Origin: Spirochaetia bacterium
Lineage (GTDB): Bacteria; Spirochaetota; Spirochaetia; SZUA-6; Bin103
Direction of reading: 5' to 3'
Assembly: GCA_965208575.1 (NCBI GenBank)
Contig: CBDBOV010000006.1
Span: forward strand, 224,001 to 288,000
Length of the DNA stretch: 64,000 nucleotides
Shown here: positions 8,575 to 19,029 of the stretch, one piece after another
How the letters are laid out: each line of letters opens with the position of its first letter
Position numbering within the stretch: the first letter of the stretch is position 1
Translations under genes and position numbers: made by a program
Notes under the pieces: generated by a model
The model's database searches: none
Told to the model about the DNA's origin: nothing
What the model saw: the letters and a program-made list of their open reading frames with translations, nothing else

Positions 8575-10359
8575 CTACTCCACCGCGTCGCAGTATGCCA
8601 ACTCCCAGCCGTGGAACACGACCGCCAGGCCCACGAACCGAACCCCCGGAAACTGCCGCTCCAGACGCTCGTCCGCCAGGTAGCGCCGCAACTGCGTCGT
8701 CGCTGCGTCTACCGCCGCTGCCACGGCCGCCCCGTCCGCGGGCTCGCTGCGCGCCATGTACTTCAACTCGATCAGGTAGCCGACCCGCAGGTGCGGAAAG
8801 CGCGCCAGCAGCGGCTCCAGGCAGATGTCCGCGTGACCTGGCCAGTCGGTTGGCACCGACGTGGCTTGGCCGAGCTCCGCCTCGGAGCGGAACACGTAGT
8901 AGTCGGTCACGCTCAGGTACGCCGCCAGGAACCCCTGCACCACCTTCTCCCCGGCGATGTAGTCGCGAATCCCCGTCTGCCGCGCAATCGCCTCGCCCAG
9001 GAACTCCAACGCCGGCCGCCACTCGCCCTTGTTCGCCATCCGCATCATCAACTGTTCGAATCGGTACAGGTCGACACTGAACACTTCCACGTCCCGGTAG
9101 CCGTCGCGCAGATAGCCGTACATGAGCTGCTTCACGGTCTGATTGGGAATCGCCAGCCGCAGCGCGCCGTCCACCACTTCGCGAATGCTCAACAGCCCGA
9201 AGTAGTGGAGCAGCGACATGAAGTTTGGCCGGTCGCTGAGCCGCTTCACCGGGAAGCTCGGCTGAATGCGCAGCACGTCCTTCTGTCCCTCGCCGATCAC
9301 CTCCCGCAGCAGGTCGAAGTTGCCGTTGAGCCGCCGCCCCACCACCAGCAGGTGGCGCAGCTTGTCGTAGTCGATGCGCACGTTGGTGTCGATCAGGTAG
9401 TCCGGCACATCTCGGTTCGGCATCGACTCGGCCAGGTAGTAGAGCACCATGTCGGAGTTGTAGAGATCGGTTTCGGCTGCCTTGGCGAATCGGTAGCCAT
9501 TGTACCACTCGCCCATGAGCGCCATGGCCTCGTCCACGTCCTGATCGAACACGCCGTGCTCCCGGTAGGTCTCGACCAGGCGGCGCACCTCCGCGTCGGT
9601 GAAGCCGACCATCTCGTTGAAGTCGGGGTGCAGGCTGATGTTCCTGCCGATGTTGAAGCCGCTGGTGACGTCGTCCATGGTGACGGGCGACACGCCGGTA
9701 ATGAACAGACGCGCGATGCCGCCGCCGCTGCGGTCGGTGCCACCCTTGAGCGTGGCGAAGAAGTTGCGAAAGAAGCCGCCGCCGTGGGTGACGTCATGGT
9801 ACGCCTCCGTGCCGTGGTGCGCCAGCACCGTGTTGGCGAAGTTGTCGTACTCGTCGATCAGCACGTACAGCGGCACGTCATGGTCGCCCGCGTACCGGAA
9901 CAGCTCGGACAGCTTGCCGGCGATCGAGGGCGGCGCCAGGATGTCCCGCACCGCCGCCGCGGGAAACAGGTCGGGATGGCGCCGCAGCGTGCCGCGGAGC
10001 TCTATCATGCAGTAGGTCTCGAACTCCCGCTCCAGCGTTTCCAGCTTGTCGTTGACCATCGAGAAGTTGAAGCGCAGGGTGACGTAGCGGCTCTGTTCCC
10101 CGGTCGGCTCGCGCCCGATGTCGGTGCCGGCGAAGGTCGCGTCGAAGTCGCGTGCCCAGAAGCGGTCGTAGTAGTTCTCCAGCAGCGAGATCCACAGCGT
10201 CTTGCCGAACCGCCGCGGACGGATCAGGAAGGCGTAGCGCTCCTGCTCCAGGCGCCGCAGGAAGCGGGTCTTGTCGACGTACAGCCACCGGTTCAGGCGG
10301 ATACGCCTGAAGTCGCCCTCGCCGTACGGAATGCGCGGGTATACAGGAGCTTCGTGCAC
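8575..10359 (-). CDS. AAA-ATPase-like protein with C-terminal PD-(D/E)XK nuclease domain
   Basis: IPYG...YVDKT, RPRRFGKT Walker A, LIDEYD Walker B, FITGVSP, C-terminal ADI...LIELKY. Confidence 0.9.
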   Translation of the reverse strand: MHEAPVYPRIPYGEGDFRRIRLNRWLYVDKTRFLRRLEQERYAFLIRPRRFGKTLWISLLENYYDRFWARDFDATFAGTDIGREPTGEQSRYVTLRFNFSMVNDKLETLEREFETYCMIELRGTLRRHPDLFPAAAVRDILAPPSIAGKLSELFRYAGDHDVPLYVLIDEYDNFANTVLAHHGTEAYHDVTHGGGFFRNFFATLKGGTDRSGGGIARLFITGVSPVTMDDVTSGFNIGRNISLHPDFNEMVGFTDAEVRRLVETYREHGVFDQDVDEAMALMGEWYNGYRFAKAAETDLYNSDMVLYYLAESMPNRDVPDYLIDTNVRIDYDKLRHLLVVGRRLNGNFDLLREVIGEGQKDVLRIQPSFPVKRLSDRPNFMSLLHYFGLLSIREVVDGALRLAIPNQTVKQLMYGYLRDGYRDVEVFSVDLYRFEQLMMRMANKGEWRPALEFLGEAIARQTGIRDYIAGEKVVQGFLAAYLSVTDYYVFRSEAELGQATSVPTDWPGHADICLEPLLARFPHLRVGYLIELKYMARSEPADGAAVAAAVDAATTQLRRYLADERLERQFPGVRFVGLAVVFHGWELAYCDAVE

Positions 10360-10703
10360 AGCCGGAACCTTGCGGCCGTCACTCTATCGTTTTCCGGGAC
10401 GGGCGCTCAACGGCGTGCGCGCGGCGGGCTCGCGGCGGGCGCTCGTGGCGGCGCTCAAGAAGTGCCAATTCGCAACTACCGGATCTGTCGACAGTCGGAC
10501 CTTATGACGATCGTCCCGCCCTTCGCCGGCCTCGCCGGCCCTCAACTCGGCGCCGACTCAGCGCGTGGCTCAGCGGCTTCGCCGGCGAAGGAGTCGCTCA
10601 AGCGGCGGCGCCCTTGAGCGGCGCGTAGCCGGCGTGCGACGACAGCCCGGCACCCCGCCGGAACACGCCCATCGAAGACCGCGAAACCAAGTATATTCGC
10701 GGT

Positions 10704-11231
10704 ATGAGCGCCACGGCGGTCCGGGATCGGTTCTGGTTCCTGGTCATCGGCATCATGAGCGCCGTGGGCGTTGCCGCGGTCGTGTTCGTGCTGACCGGAC
10801 CGCGGCTGGTGTCAGGGCCGGACGTGTCGGCCCTGCCGGCGGTGAACACCGCGTGGAACGCCGCCGCCGCCGTGCTGCTCGTGGCCGCGCTGGTCGCCAT
10901 TCGCCGCCGGGCGGTGCCGGTGCACCGCGCGCTGGTGCTGTGCGCGTTCGCAGCGTCGGCGCTGTTTCTGGCCGGCTACCTGCTCTACCACTCGTTCAGC
11001 GACGGGCCGGAACGCTACGGCGGCCCCGTCCCCTGGCTCTACTACGCCATCCTGATCAGCCACATCATCCTGGCGGTCACCATCGTGCCCTTGGCGCTGG
11101 TGACCCTGCGCCTCGGCTGGACCTTCCATCCGAAGCACCGCGCCGTCGCCCGGGTCACGTTCCCGATCTGGCTGTACGTTTCGGTAACAGGCGTGCTGAT
11201 CTTCGCCTTCCTGCAATGGCTCGACGGATAG
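10704..11231 (+). CDS. DUF420 family membrane protein
   Basis: LPAVN, ILISHIILA, HRAVARVTFPIWLYVSVTG. Confidence 0.88.
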   Translation: MSATAVRDRFWFLVIGIMSAVGVAAVVFVLTGPRLVSGPDVSALPAVNTAWNAAAAVLLVAALVAIRRRAVPVHRALVLCAFAASALFLAGYLLYHSFSDGPERYGGPVPWLYYAILISHIILAVTIVPLALVTLRLGWTFHPKHRAVARVTFPIWLYVSVTGVLIFAFLQWLDG

Positions 11232-11243
11232 GAGGCCACCTGC

Positions 11244-11684
11244 TTGCCATCGGACTCTCCCGGCACCTATGTCGGTGCCTATGCGTTGTGCCGCGATCCC
11301 TCCGGCCGCCTGCTCCTGGTGCGCATGGCGCGCGGGCTGGACGGAGGACGCTGGACACTGCCCGGCGGCGGGGTCGAGTGGGGCGAGCACCCCGACGCGG
11401 CCGTGGTGCGCGAGCTGGAGGAAGAGACGGGCATATCGGACGTCCGCGGCGTGCAGGTCGCCGCGATCTATTCCCACGTTTACGAACGGACGGGGCAGCG
11501 GCCCTACCCTCGTGTCCACTACGTCGGCATCGTCTACGACGTTACTCCGGGGCGGTTCGACCTTCGTGGCGAACAGGACGGCTCGACCGATCGGTGCGAG
11601 TGGTTCACCGAAGCCGAGGCGCGCGCCCTGCCGCTGGTGCCGCTGGCGCAGTTCGCGGTCAACCTCACTTGGCCGGCGTCGTAG
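11244..11684 (+). CDS. NUDIX hydrolase
   Basis: Nudix box GGVEWGEHPDAAVVRELEEETG. Confidence 0.92.
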   Translation: MPSDSPGTYVGAYALCRDPSGRLLLVRMARGLDGGRWTLPGGGVEWGEHPDAAVVRELEEETGISDVRGVQVAAIYSHVYERTGQRPYPRVHYVGIVYDVTPGRFDLRGEQDGSTDRCEWFTEAEARALPLVPLAQFAVNLTWPAS

Positions 11685-11693
11685 CGGCTGCAG

Positions 11694-12683
11694 TCATTCC
11701 GTGCTTCGGGCAGGCGCCGGCAGCCGGTAGACGCGGCGGGCGGTGCCGCTGAACAGGGCCTCCTTGTCGGCCTCCGAGAAGCCGGCGGTGATCAGCTTGA
11801 AGGCGTTGTACAGCACCGGGTAGGAGACCGACACCTTCTCCACCGGGAAGTTGCTCTCCAGCATGCAGCGTTCGGTGCCGAAGCAGTCGATGGCGTGGAG
11901 GTAGTACTCGCGCTGGGCGGCGGCGAACTCCTGCGCCGTGACCGGCTCGTCGCGGCGATCCCAGCCGAAGCCGTTGTCGGCCATCGCCATGCCGCCGAGC
12001 TTGGCGAACACGTTGGGAAGGGCGGCGGCGGCGGCCATGTCGCGCTTGGATTGCGCGAGGATCTCGGCGCGCCGCTCCCGGTAGCGGCCGACGCCGACCG
12101 GGGTGCCGAAGTGATCGAGGATGCATACGGTATCGGGCGCACTCTTCGCCACGGCGATGAAGTCGGCCATCTGGTAGTGATAGTGCCAGCTCTCCCAGGT
12201 GAGGCCGCGCCGGCCGAGCAGCCGCACGCCGGCCTGGAACGGCTCCTCGTGCGCCAGGCCGGCGCGCGCCGGGCCGGGGGAGTTCTCGGTGCCGGGGCGG
12301 TGGTCGCCGCGAGCGAGCGCGTGCCGGATGCCGCGAAAGCGGCCGTCGCCGGCTGCCTCGTGGGCGTCCAGCACCTCCGGCACCAGGTCGCCCGCCGACA
12401 GGTCGGCAAAGGACACGATGCCGGCGATCTCCGGCCCGCCGGCGGCAACGGATGCGCGCGCCTCTTCGGCCACCCACTCCGTCTCGCCGACCGGGCGCAG
12501 GTGGTCGGGGCCGCCGCCCCGGTAGGCAGCGCCGCACTCCACGAACACGGTCTGCACGACGTCGTGCCCGGAGCGCAGGTCCTCGTACAACTCCGCCAGC
12601 GCGTAGGCGGCGCGCCGGCCGTTCGGCCACAGGTGGTGGTGTGGGTCGACGATCTGTCGGCCCGGATCCAGTATCTCGCTCAC
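11694..12683 (-). CDS. Amidohydrolase family protein (sugar lactonase-like)
   Basis: IVDPHHHLW, ILDHFGTP, ESNFPVE; GTG 12683 overlaps the upstream stop. Confidence 0.88.
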   Translation of the reverse strand: MSEILDPGRQIVDPHHHLWPNGRRAAYALAELYEDLRSGHDVVQTVFVECGAAYRGGGPDHLRPVGETEWVAEEARASVAAGGPEIAGIVSFADLSAGDLVPEVLDAHEAAGDGRFRGIRHALARGDHRPGTENSPGPARAGLAHEEPFQAGVRLLGRRGLTWESWHYHYQMADFIAVAKSAPDTVCILDHFGTPVGVGRYRERRAEILAQSKRDMAAAAALPNVFAKLGGMAMADNGFGWDRRDEPVTAQEFAAAQREYYLHAIDCFGTERCMLESNFPVEKVSVSYPVLYNAFKLITAGFSEADKEALFSGTARRVYRLPAPARSTE

Positions 12684-13675
12684 GCTCCGTGTCCCCCATC
12701 CTTGTCGAGCGGGCGGCCGGGCAGCGAGCGGCGCCCGTGCACGGCGTCCCAGCGTTCCTGCACGTCCTGCAGCAGGCGCATGGTGGGCAGCACCGCCCGC
12801 CCCGTGACGACCGGCTTGCGGCCCTGCTCCAGCGCGGCCACGAAGTCGCGCGTGCAGCGCGTGCAGTTGTCCTGCTCGCTGTCGATGCGCTCGGTGCCGG
12901 CGCCGGTGGTCAGCGTGCCCTCCAGGATGTTCAGCCGGTAGGAGTCGCGGTCGGTGACGATCATGGTGTCGTAGATGCGTTCGCGCGAGTAGTAGGAGCC
13001 GGAGCACAACAGGCTCTGGTCGGTCTCGGTCTCGACCAGCAGCACCACCTCCATCGGGATGCCGGTGTGCGGATCGGGCGCGGGCATGAAGTGGCTCACG
13101 GAACGGATCGGCGCGCCTTCGACCGCCAGCATCCACAGCCCCAGGTCAAGCAGGTGGGTGGTGTGGTGCCACAGCAGGTTGTCGATCCAGCTCCGGTGGT
13201 AGCCGGTGGCGCCCACGTTCTTGAGGCGGTGGATGAAGAACCGCCCATGGATGTGGCGGATGTGCTCGTCGCCGTTTGCCAGCCGCGCGCGCAGCGGCGC
13301 GCGTTCCTTCCGGAACCGCATCGGGTGCACCACGCCGAGCGTGAGTCCGCGGCCCGCCGCCTCCGCCACCACCCGCTCGGCGGCCGCGTAGCTCATCGCG
13401 ATCGGAATTTCCACCAGGGTCGGCTTGCCATGCGCCAGGCACTGCAGCGCCATGTCGGCGTGCAACTCGCTCGGGCTGGCCACGATCACTGCCTCCACCG
13501 CCGGGTCGGCCAGTGCCTCCTGCAGGTCGACGCTCCAGCGCCGGTACCCGTAGCGCGCAGCGAACTCGGCCGTCGGCTCCGGCCGCCGCCCCACCAGGAA
13601 GTAGCGCTCCTCCGCGGCCAGCGCCTCCGAGTGCCACACCCCCATCATCCCGTATCCCACCACGCACACGTTCAT
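12680..13675 (-). CDS. Gfo/Idh/MocA family oxidoreductase
   Basis: MNVCVVGYGMMG Rossmann motif; VASPSELH; LVEIP; HHTTHLLD. Confidence 0.9.
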   Translation of the reverse strand: MNVCVVGYGMMGVWHSEALAAEERYFLVGRRPEPTAEFAARYGYRRWSVDLQEALADPAVEAVIVASPSELHADMALQCLAHGKPTLVEIPIAMSYAAAERVVAEAAGRGLTLGVVHPMRFRKERAPLRARLANGDEHIRHIHGRFFIHRLKNVGATGYHRSWIDNLLWHHTTHLLDLGLWMLAVEGAPIRSVSHFMPAPDPHTGIPMEVVLLVETETDQSLLCSGSYYSRERIYDTMIVTDRDSYRLNILEGTLTTGAGTERIDSEQDNCTRCTRDFVAALEQGRKPVVTGRAVLPTMRLLQDVQERWDAVHGRRSLPGRPLDKDGGHGA

Positions 13676-13735
13676 ACCATTCAGCCTACGCCAACAACCG
13701 CCGCCTGTCATAGCTCCTGGCCCATTACAAGCGTA

Positions 13736-14314
13736 ATGACGCGACCTGCTTATCATCCGAGCCCCACAAATGGGACCGAATACGGACATGCTGTCTCCGT
13801 TAAACCCGAAGACATTGATTTTCAGCGTATTGCCGCGGAAGAAACTGACTACGAGAGTGCACCTCCAGTGTACCATATTAACACCTATCCGGCAGATTTT
13901 ACTCTTGAAGTCCTACACAGCAAATGGACTTCCGGAGAAATCGAGATACCACCCTTCCAACGGCAGTTTGTCTGGAAACAAGTGCAATCAAGCAAGCTCA
14001 TAGAATCGTTTCTCATAGGCCTTCCGGTTCCTGCTATATTTCTTTACACACAGCGCGCGTCCCAGCGGTTCCTGGTGATAGATGGACAACAACGCCTCCA
14101 AAGTATATTCTATTACTTCGATGGCTTTTTCGGGACAGAACAGCGAGGCAAGCGAACTGTATTCAAACTAAGCGGATTGAGCGAAGATAGCAAGTATTTT
14201 GAGAATCTCGTAGAGAACCAAGAGTTCCTCCAATACGTCAATGTTGGAACGACCGACGAAGAAGTCGTTCACAGCCGATTTCAATGGGCAGAGAAGGGGC
14301 TGTTCTCGAAATAG
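13736..14314 (+). pseudogene. DUF262 (GmrS-like) protein, apparently internally deleted
   Basis: IPPFQRQFVW, LIESFLIGLPVP, VIDGQQRL motifs; low GC; lacks the later FxxxN motif and ends at 192 aa. Confidence 0.7.
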
Positions 14315-14683
14315 CATCCAATGCGATGCTGTTAAGGTGGCTCTGCTTCTCGACTGACGCACGTCGGCCGGTCGCAGAGCACTTGACCATCTGCGTGTCT
14401 GGCGGGAGCTGGGAAAGGCGCGCGATCGGAGCAGAATCAAGAGCTGCCTCCGTGCGACGATCAAGCCGAACGCTCATGAGCGTCGTACCATCGCCGCTGT
14501 GCATCGTACGTTCCGGCCTTCTGGAGGAGGAGATTCGCAGCTCCGTTGTTTCCTTGCGCTTTGTCAATATCCGTGGCACGATCTGCATAGTGGACGGAGC
14601 CAAGGTCATCGATCCCCACGTGAAGACGCTCCATCGGCGAGTGGCGGCGGAGCCGGTGCTGATCGTGTGCAAGGCCGGCTAAG

Positions 14684-15679
14684 ATGGCTCAGTACATCAG
14701 CCGCCGGCTGCTCAACATGGTGATCACGCTGGCCCTTATCTCGGTCATTTCGTTCGCCATCATCCAGTTGCCGCCGGGAGACTACCTCACCAGCTACATC
14801 GCGCAGTTGCGCGCGGCCGGCGAGGAGGTGAACGAGGAACTGATCGAGAGCCTGCGCATGCAGTACGGGCTCGGCAAGACGCCGGTGCAGCAGTATTTCA
14901 AGTGGGTGTGGAACTTCGTGCGGGGCAACATGGGCCAGTCGTTCATCTACGACCGCCCGGTGAACGACCTGATCTGGGAGCGGCTCGGGTTGACCTTCGT
15001 GATCGCCACCGCCTCGCTGGTGTTCACCTGGCTGCTGGCGCTGCCGATCGGCATCTACTCCGCGGTGCGGCAGTATTCGTTCGGCGACTACCTGTTCACG
15101 TTCCTGAGCTTCATCGGCCTGGCGGTGCCCAACTTCATGCTCGCACTGGCGCTGATGTTCGCCGGCTTCAAGTGGCTGGGCCTGGACGTGGGCGGCCTGT
15201 TCTCGGTCGAGTACGAGAGCGCGCCGTGGTCGATCGCCAAGTTCGTGGACCTGCTGGAGCACCTGTGGGTGCCGACCGTGGTGCTCGGCACCGCCGGCAC
15301 CGCGGCGCTGGTGCGCATCATGCGCGCCAACCTGCTCGACGAGCTGCGCAAGCTGTACGTAATCACCGCGCGCGCCAAGGGCGTCGCCGAGCGGCGCCTG
15401 ATCATCAAGTACCCGGTGCGCATCGCCCTCAACCCGTTCATCTCGTCGGTGGGCTGGATCCTGCCCACCCTGATCTCCGGCGCCACCATCACCGCCATCG
15501 TGCTCAACCTGCCGACCACCGGGCCGATGCTGGTCGACGCCCTGCTGCAGCAGGACATGTTCCTGGCCGGCAGCTTCATCATGATGCTGTCCACCCTCAC
15601 CGTGATCGGCATGCTGATCTCGGACGTGATGCTGGTGCTCGCCGATCCGCGCATCCGCATCGGCATGGCCAATGAGTAA
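14684..15679 (+). CDS. oppB: Family-5 ABC transporter permease (OppB/DppB-like)
   Basis: LPPGD, multiple TM helices, TARAKG EAA loop, DPRIR end. Confidence 0.92.
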   Translation: MAQYISRRLLNMVITLALISVISFAIIQLPPGDYLTSYIAQLRAAGEEVNEELIESLRMQYGLGKTPVQQYFKWVWNFVRGNMGQSFIYDRPVNDLIWERLGLTFVIATASLVFTWLLALPIGIYSAVRQYSFGDYLFTFLSFIGLAVPNFMLALALMFAGFKWLGLDVGGLFSVEYESAPWSIAKFVDLLEHLWVPTVVLGTAGTAALVRIMRANLLDELRKLYVITARAKGVAERRLIIKYPVRIALNPFISSVGWILPTLISGATITAIVLNLPTTGPMLVDALLQQDMFLAGSFIMMLSTLTVIGMLISDVMLVLADPRIRIGMANE

Positions 15680-16817
15680 CGTGGCCGATCCCGCTCTCAC
15701 GGTGGAGGCGGCGGAGCGCGAGGACGCCCGCGACATCGCCTACGCCTCGCAGTGGCGGCTGGTGTTGATCCGCCTGCGCCGCCACCGCCTGGCGGTCGCC
15801 TCCGGCATCGTGCTGGCCGCGCTCTACCTGATGGCCGCGTTCGCGCCGTTCCTGAGCCCGCACGACCCCACCGAGAAGAGCCTGGAATACCGCGAGGCGC
15901 CGCCGCAGCGGCTGCACTTCTTCAGCGACCGGGGATTCCACCTGCCCCCGGCGGTGTACCCGTTCACCGCCACCACCAACCGGGTCAGCTTCAAGCGCGA
16001 CTACCACGAGGACCGCACGCAGCCCTACCCGCTGCGGCTGTTCGTGCGCGGCTACCGCTACCAACTGCTGTTCGTGTTCGAGTCCGACATCCACCTGTTC
16101 GGCACCGGCGTGCCGGAGGTGCCGGTGCACCTGCTCGGCACCGACCACCTGGGCCGCGACATGCTGGCGCGGATCATGTACGGCGCCCAGATCTCGCTCT
16201 CCGTGGGCCTGGTCGGGGTGGCGATCAGCTTCATCCTCGGCATCCTGATCGGCGGGCTGGCCGGCTACTTCGGCGGCTTCGTGGACGAGGCGGTGCAGCG
16301 CGTGGTGGAGGTGCTGCTGTCGATCCCGCAGTTGCCGCTGTGGATGGGGCTGTCGGCCGCGCTGCCGCTGTCGTGGCCGGTGGTCAGGATGTACTTCGCC
16401 ATCACCGTGATCCTGTCACTGGTGGGCTGGACCCGGCTGGCGCGCGAGGTGCGCGGCAAGTTCCTGTCGCTGCGCCAGGAGGACTACGTGGTAGCCGCCC
16501 AGGTGGCCGGCATGCGCGACCTGCCGATCATCCTGCGCCACATGGTGCCCTCGTTCCTGAGCCACATCGTGGCATCGCTCACGCTCAGCATCCCGCTGAT
16601 GATCATCGGCGAAACCTCGCTGTCGTTCCTGGGCCTCGGCATGCAGGCGCCGGCGATCAGTTGGGGCGTGCTGCTGCAGAGCGCGCAGAAGGTGCAGACC
16701 CTGGAGCTGGCGCCGTGGCTGATGATCCCGGCCCTGTACGTGATCGTGACCGTGCTCGCCTTCAACTTCCTCGGCGACGGCCTCCGCGACGCCGCCGACC
16801 CCTACGGCCAAACCTGA
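15672..16817 (+). CDS. oppC: Family-5 ABC transporter permease (OppC/DppC-like)
   Basis: LGTDHLGRD, LSFLGLG, FNFLGDGLRDAADP. Confidence 0.92.
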   Translation: MSNVADPALTVEAAEREDARDIAYASQWRLVLIRLRRHRLAVASGIVLAALYLMAAFAPFLSPHDPTEKSLEYREAPPQRLHFFSDRGFHLPPAVYPFTATTNRVSFKRDYHEDRTQPYPLRLFVRGYRYQLLFVFESDIHLFGTGVPEVPVHLLGTDHLGRDMLARIMYGAQISLSVGLVGVAISFILGILIGGLAGYFGGFVDEAVQRVVEVLLSIPQLPLWMGLSAALPLSWPVVRMYFAITVILSLVGWTRLAREVRGKFLSLRQEDYVVAAQVAGMRDLPIILRHMVPSFLSHIVASLTLSIPLMIIGETSLSFLGLGMQAPAISWGVLLQSAQKVQTLELAPWLMIPALYVIVTVLAFNFLGDGLRDAADPYGQT

Positions 16818-17250
16818 TCCGACGTGGCCGCATGCACCTCCCCAACCGCCGACCGTGCTCCCGTGTGCTTCTCCCGTGCACGTTCTTGACGACCCTGAGA
16901 GGGCGACGTATCTTCGTTTGTGAGACGCGATCTTGTATTGCCCTCTTTCCGAAGCCCGTGCTCTGGCGCGGGCTTTCGTGTTTCTGGAGGCCGACGAGGG
17001 ACTCACTTCGCCTATCTTCACGAATTCGGACACACCGGCCCCGTCGTAAGCCGGCAACCCCCACATACCCACGCCCGGTCGGGTAAGCTACCCCGTGCTA
17101 TGGGGAGAAAAGTCGCGAACCCCCGTTAGTCCGAGGTTTGAGAGGCCGTTCTTGTAACTGTTTCCTATTACAGGAATTAGCGTGTTCATGGGTGTAAATC
17201 GTGTCCATGTAAATAGTCCTGTGGTTCAGCGTTAATTTTCTCTCATCTGG

Positions 17251-17280
17251 TTGACATGTAATTATTAAATGATCTACCAT
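17251..17280 (+). promoter_or_regulatory. Sigma70-type promoter of the transposase
   Basis: TTGACA-18 bp-TACCAT upstream of ATG 17299. Confidence 0.55.
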
Positions 17281-17298
17281 TCCCTCCGTAGGGTGCCC

Positions 17299-19029
17299 AT
17301 GTACATCGACACCGTCCCCAACCGCAACTCTCCCCCAGCCGTCCTCCTCCGCGAGTCCTTCCGCCAGCACGGCAAGGTCAAAAAACGCACCATCGCCAAC
17401 CTCTCCAAGTGGCCCGATCACCTCGTCGAGGGTTTGCGCGTCCTCCTCAACGGCGGTATCGCTCTGCGCTCTCCCAACGAACTGCTCTCCATCTTGCGCA
17501 GCTATCCCCACGGCCACGTCGCCGCCGTCCTCGGTTCCCTCCGCAAGCTCTCCCTCCATTCCCTCGTCGCTCGTCCCGCCTCCCGTGAACGCGACCTGGT
17601 CGTCGCCATGATCGTCGCTCGCGTCGTCGACGCTCGCTCCAAACTCGCCACCGCTCGCGGCCTGAACCCCGAAAGCGCCGTCTCCTCCCTCGGCCACCTG
17701 CTGCAGTTGGGAGCCGTCGACGAGAATGAGCTGTATGCCGCCATGGATTGGCTGCTCGCTCGCCAGCACGGCATCGAGCAGCGCTTGGCCAAGCGCCATC
17801 TGCATGACAACACGCTCATGTTGTACGACCTGACTTCCAGTTACTTCCATGGCCACACCTGCCCGTTGGCGCGCCGTGGTCACAGCCGCGACGGCAAACG
17901 CGGCACCTTGCAGATCGTGTTCGGCCTGCTGTGTACCGCAGACGGCTGTCCCATCGCCGTCGAGGTATTCGAGGGCTCCACCAGTGACCCCAAGACGGTC
18001 GCCGCTCAGGTCGACAAGATTCGCAACCGTTTCGGCTTGCAGCGCGTCGTGCTGGTCGGCGACCGCGGCATGCTCACCGGCGCGCGCATCCGCGAGGACC
18101 TGCAGGGGATCGACGGCCTGCGCTGGATCACGACCCTGCGGGCGCCCACCATCCGCAAGCTGATCGAGGCCGGCGAAGTGGCGCAGACCATGTTCGACGA
18201 GCGTGACCTGGCGGAGATCAGCTCACCCGAGTTCCCCGGCGAGCGGCTGATCGTGTGCCGCAACCCGATCCTGGCCGAGCAACGGCAGCGCAAGAGGCAG
18301 AAGTTGCTGGCCTCCACGGAGGAGGAACTGACGCCGATCGTGACGGCCACGCAGCGCGCCAAAAAGCCGCTGCGCGGCGCCGCCGCGATCGGCCTGCGGG
18401 TGGGCAAGGTGATCAACCACTACAAGGTGGGCAAGCATTTCACCACCACCATCACCGACGACTCGTTCTCGTTCGTGCGTGACCTGGACAAGATCGCGGC
18501 CGAGGAAGAACTGGACGGGCTCTACATCGTGCGCTCCAACGTGGAGCCGGAGCTGTTCGACGCCGAGCAGACGGTGACGGCGTACAAGGACTTGGCCAAG
18601 GTGGAACGTGCGTTCCGCAGCATGAAGACGGTGGATCTGAAGGTGCGACCGATCTATCACCGCAGCGCAGACCGGGTGCGGGCGCACGTGTTCCTGTGCA
18701 TGCTGGCCTACTACGTGGAGTGGCACATGCGCAGCAAGCTGGCGCCGGTGCTGTTCGACGACCACGACCGCGCCGCCGGCGAGGCGCTGCGCGAGTCGGT
18801 GGTGCAACCGGCGGAACGCTCACCGGCCGCACACCGGAAGGCGGCGAGCAAGCGTACCGACGACGGTCTGCCGGTGCACAGCTTTCGCAGCCTGATGAGC
18901 GAGTTGGGGACGCTGACGGCCAACCGCGTGCGGATAGTGGATAGCGGCGCCACGTTCACCATGCACAGCGAACCGACCGCGCTGCAGCAGCGCTGTTTCG
19001 ATCTCCTGGAGGTCAGCGCCCAAGTGTAG
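17299..19029 (+). CDS. IS1634 family DDE transposase
   Basis: MYIDTVPNRNSPPAVLLRES; YDLTSSY, GHSRDG, VGDRGM, YKDLAKVERAFR, RPIYHR. Confidence 0.93.
   Translation: MYIDTVPNRNSPPAVLLRESFRQHGKVKKRTIANLSKWPDHLVEGLRVLLNGGIALRSPNELLSILRSYPHGHVAAVLGSLRKLSLHSLVARPASRERDLVVAMIVARVVDARSKLATARGLNPESAVSSLGHLLQLGAVDENELYAAMDWLLARQHGIEQRLAKRHLHDNTLMLYDLTSSYFHGHTCPLARRGHSRDGKRGTLQIVFGLLCTADGCPIAVEVFEGSTSDPKTVAAQVDKIRNRFGLQRVVLVGDRGMLTGARIREDLQGIDGLRWITTLRAPTIRKLIEAGEVAQTMFDERDLAEISSPEFPGERLIVCRNPILAEQRQRKRQKLLASTEEELTPIVTATQRAKKPLRGAAAIGLRVGKVINHYKVGKHFTTTITDDSFSFVRDLDKIAAEEELDGLYIVRSNVEPELFDAEQTVTAYKDLAKVERAFRSMKTVDLKVRPIYHRSADRVRAHVFLCMLAYYVEWHMRSKLAPVLFDDHDRAAGEALRESVVQPAERSPAAHRKAASKRTDDGLPVHSFRSLMSELGTLTANRVRIVDSGATFTMHSEPTALQQRCFDLLEVSAQV

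Noticed and set aside
10400-10680. GC-rich hairpins with faint similarity to 1900-1960
   Set aside because: Similarity too short to separate from chance at this GC content
12452-14314. 620-aa ORF as one protein
   Set aside because: The first ~430 codons are antisense to real genes; only the DUF262 part from about 13736 is credible
16818-17125. Possible gene fragment left of IS1634 (also 25950-26250)
   Set aside because: No recognisable motifs or credible start and stop
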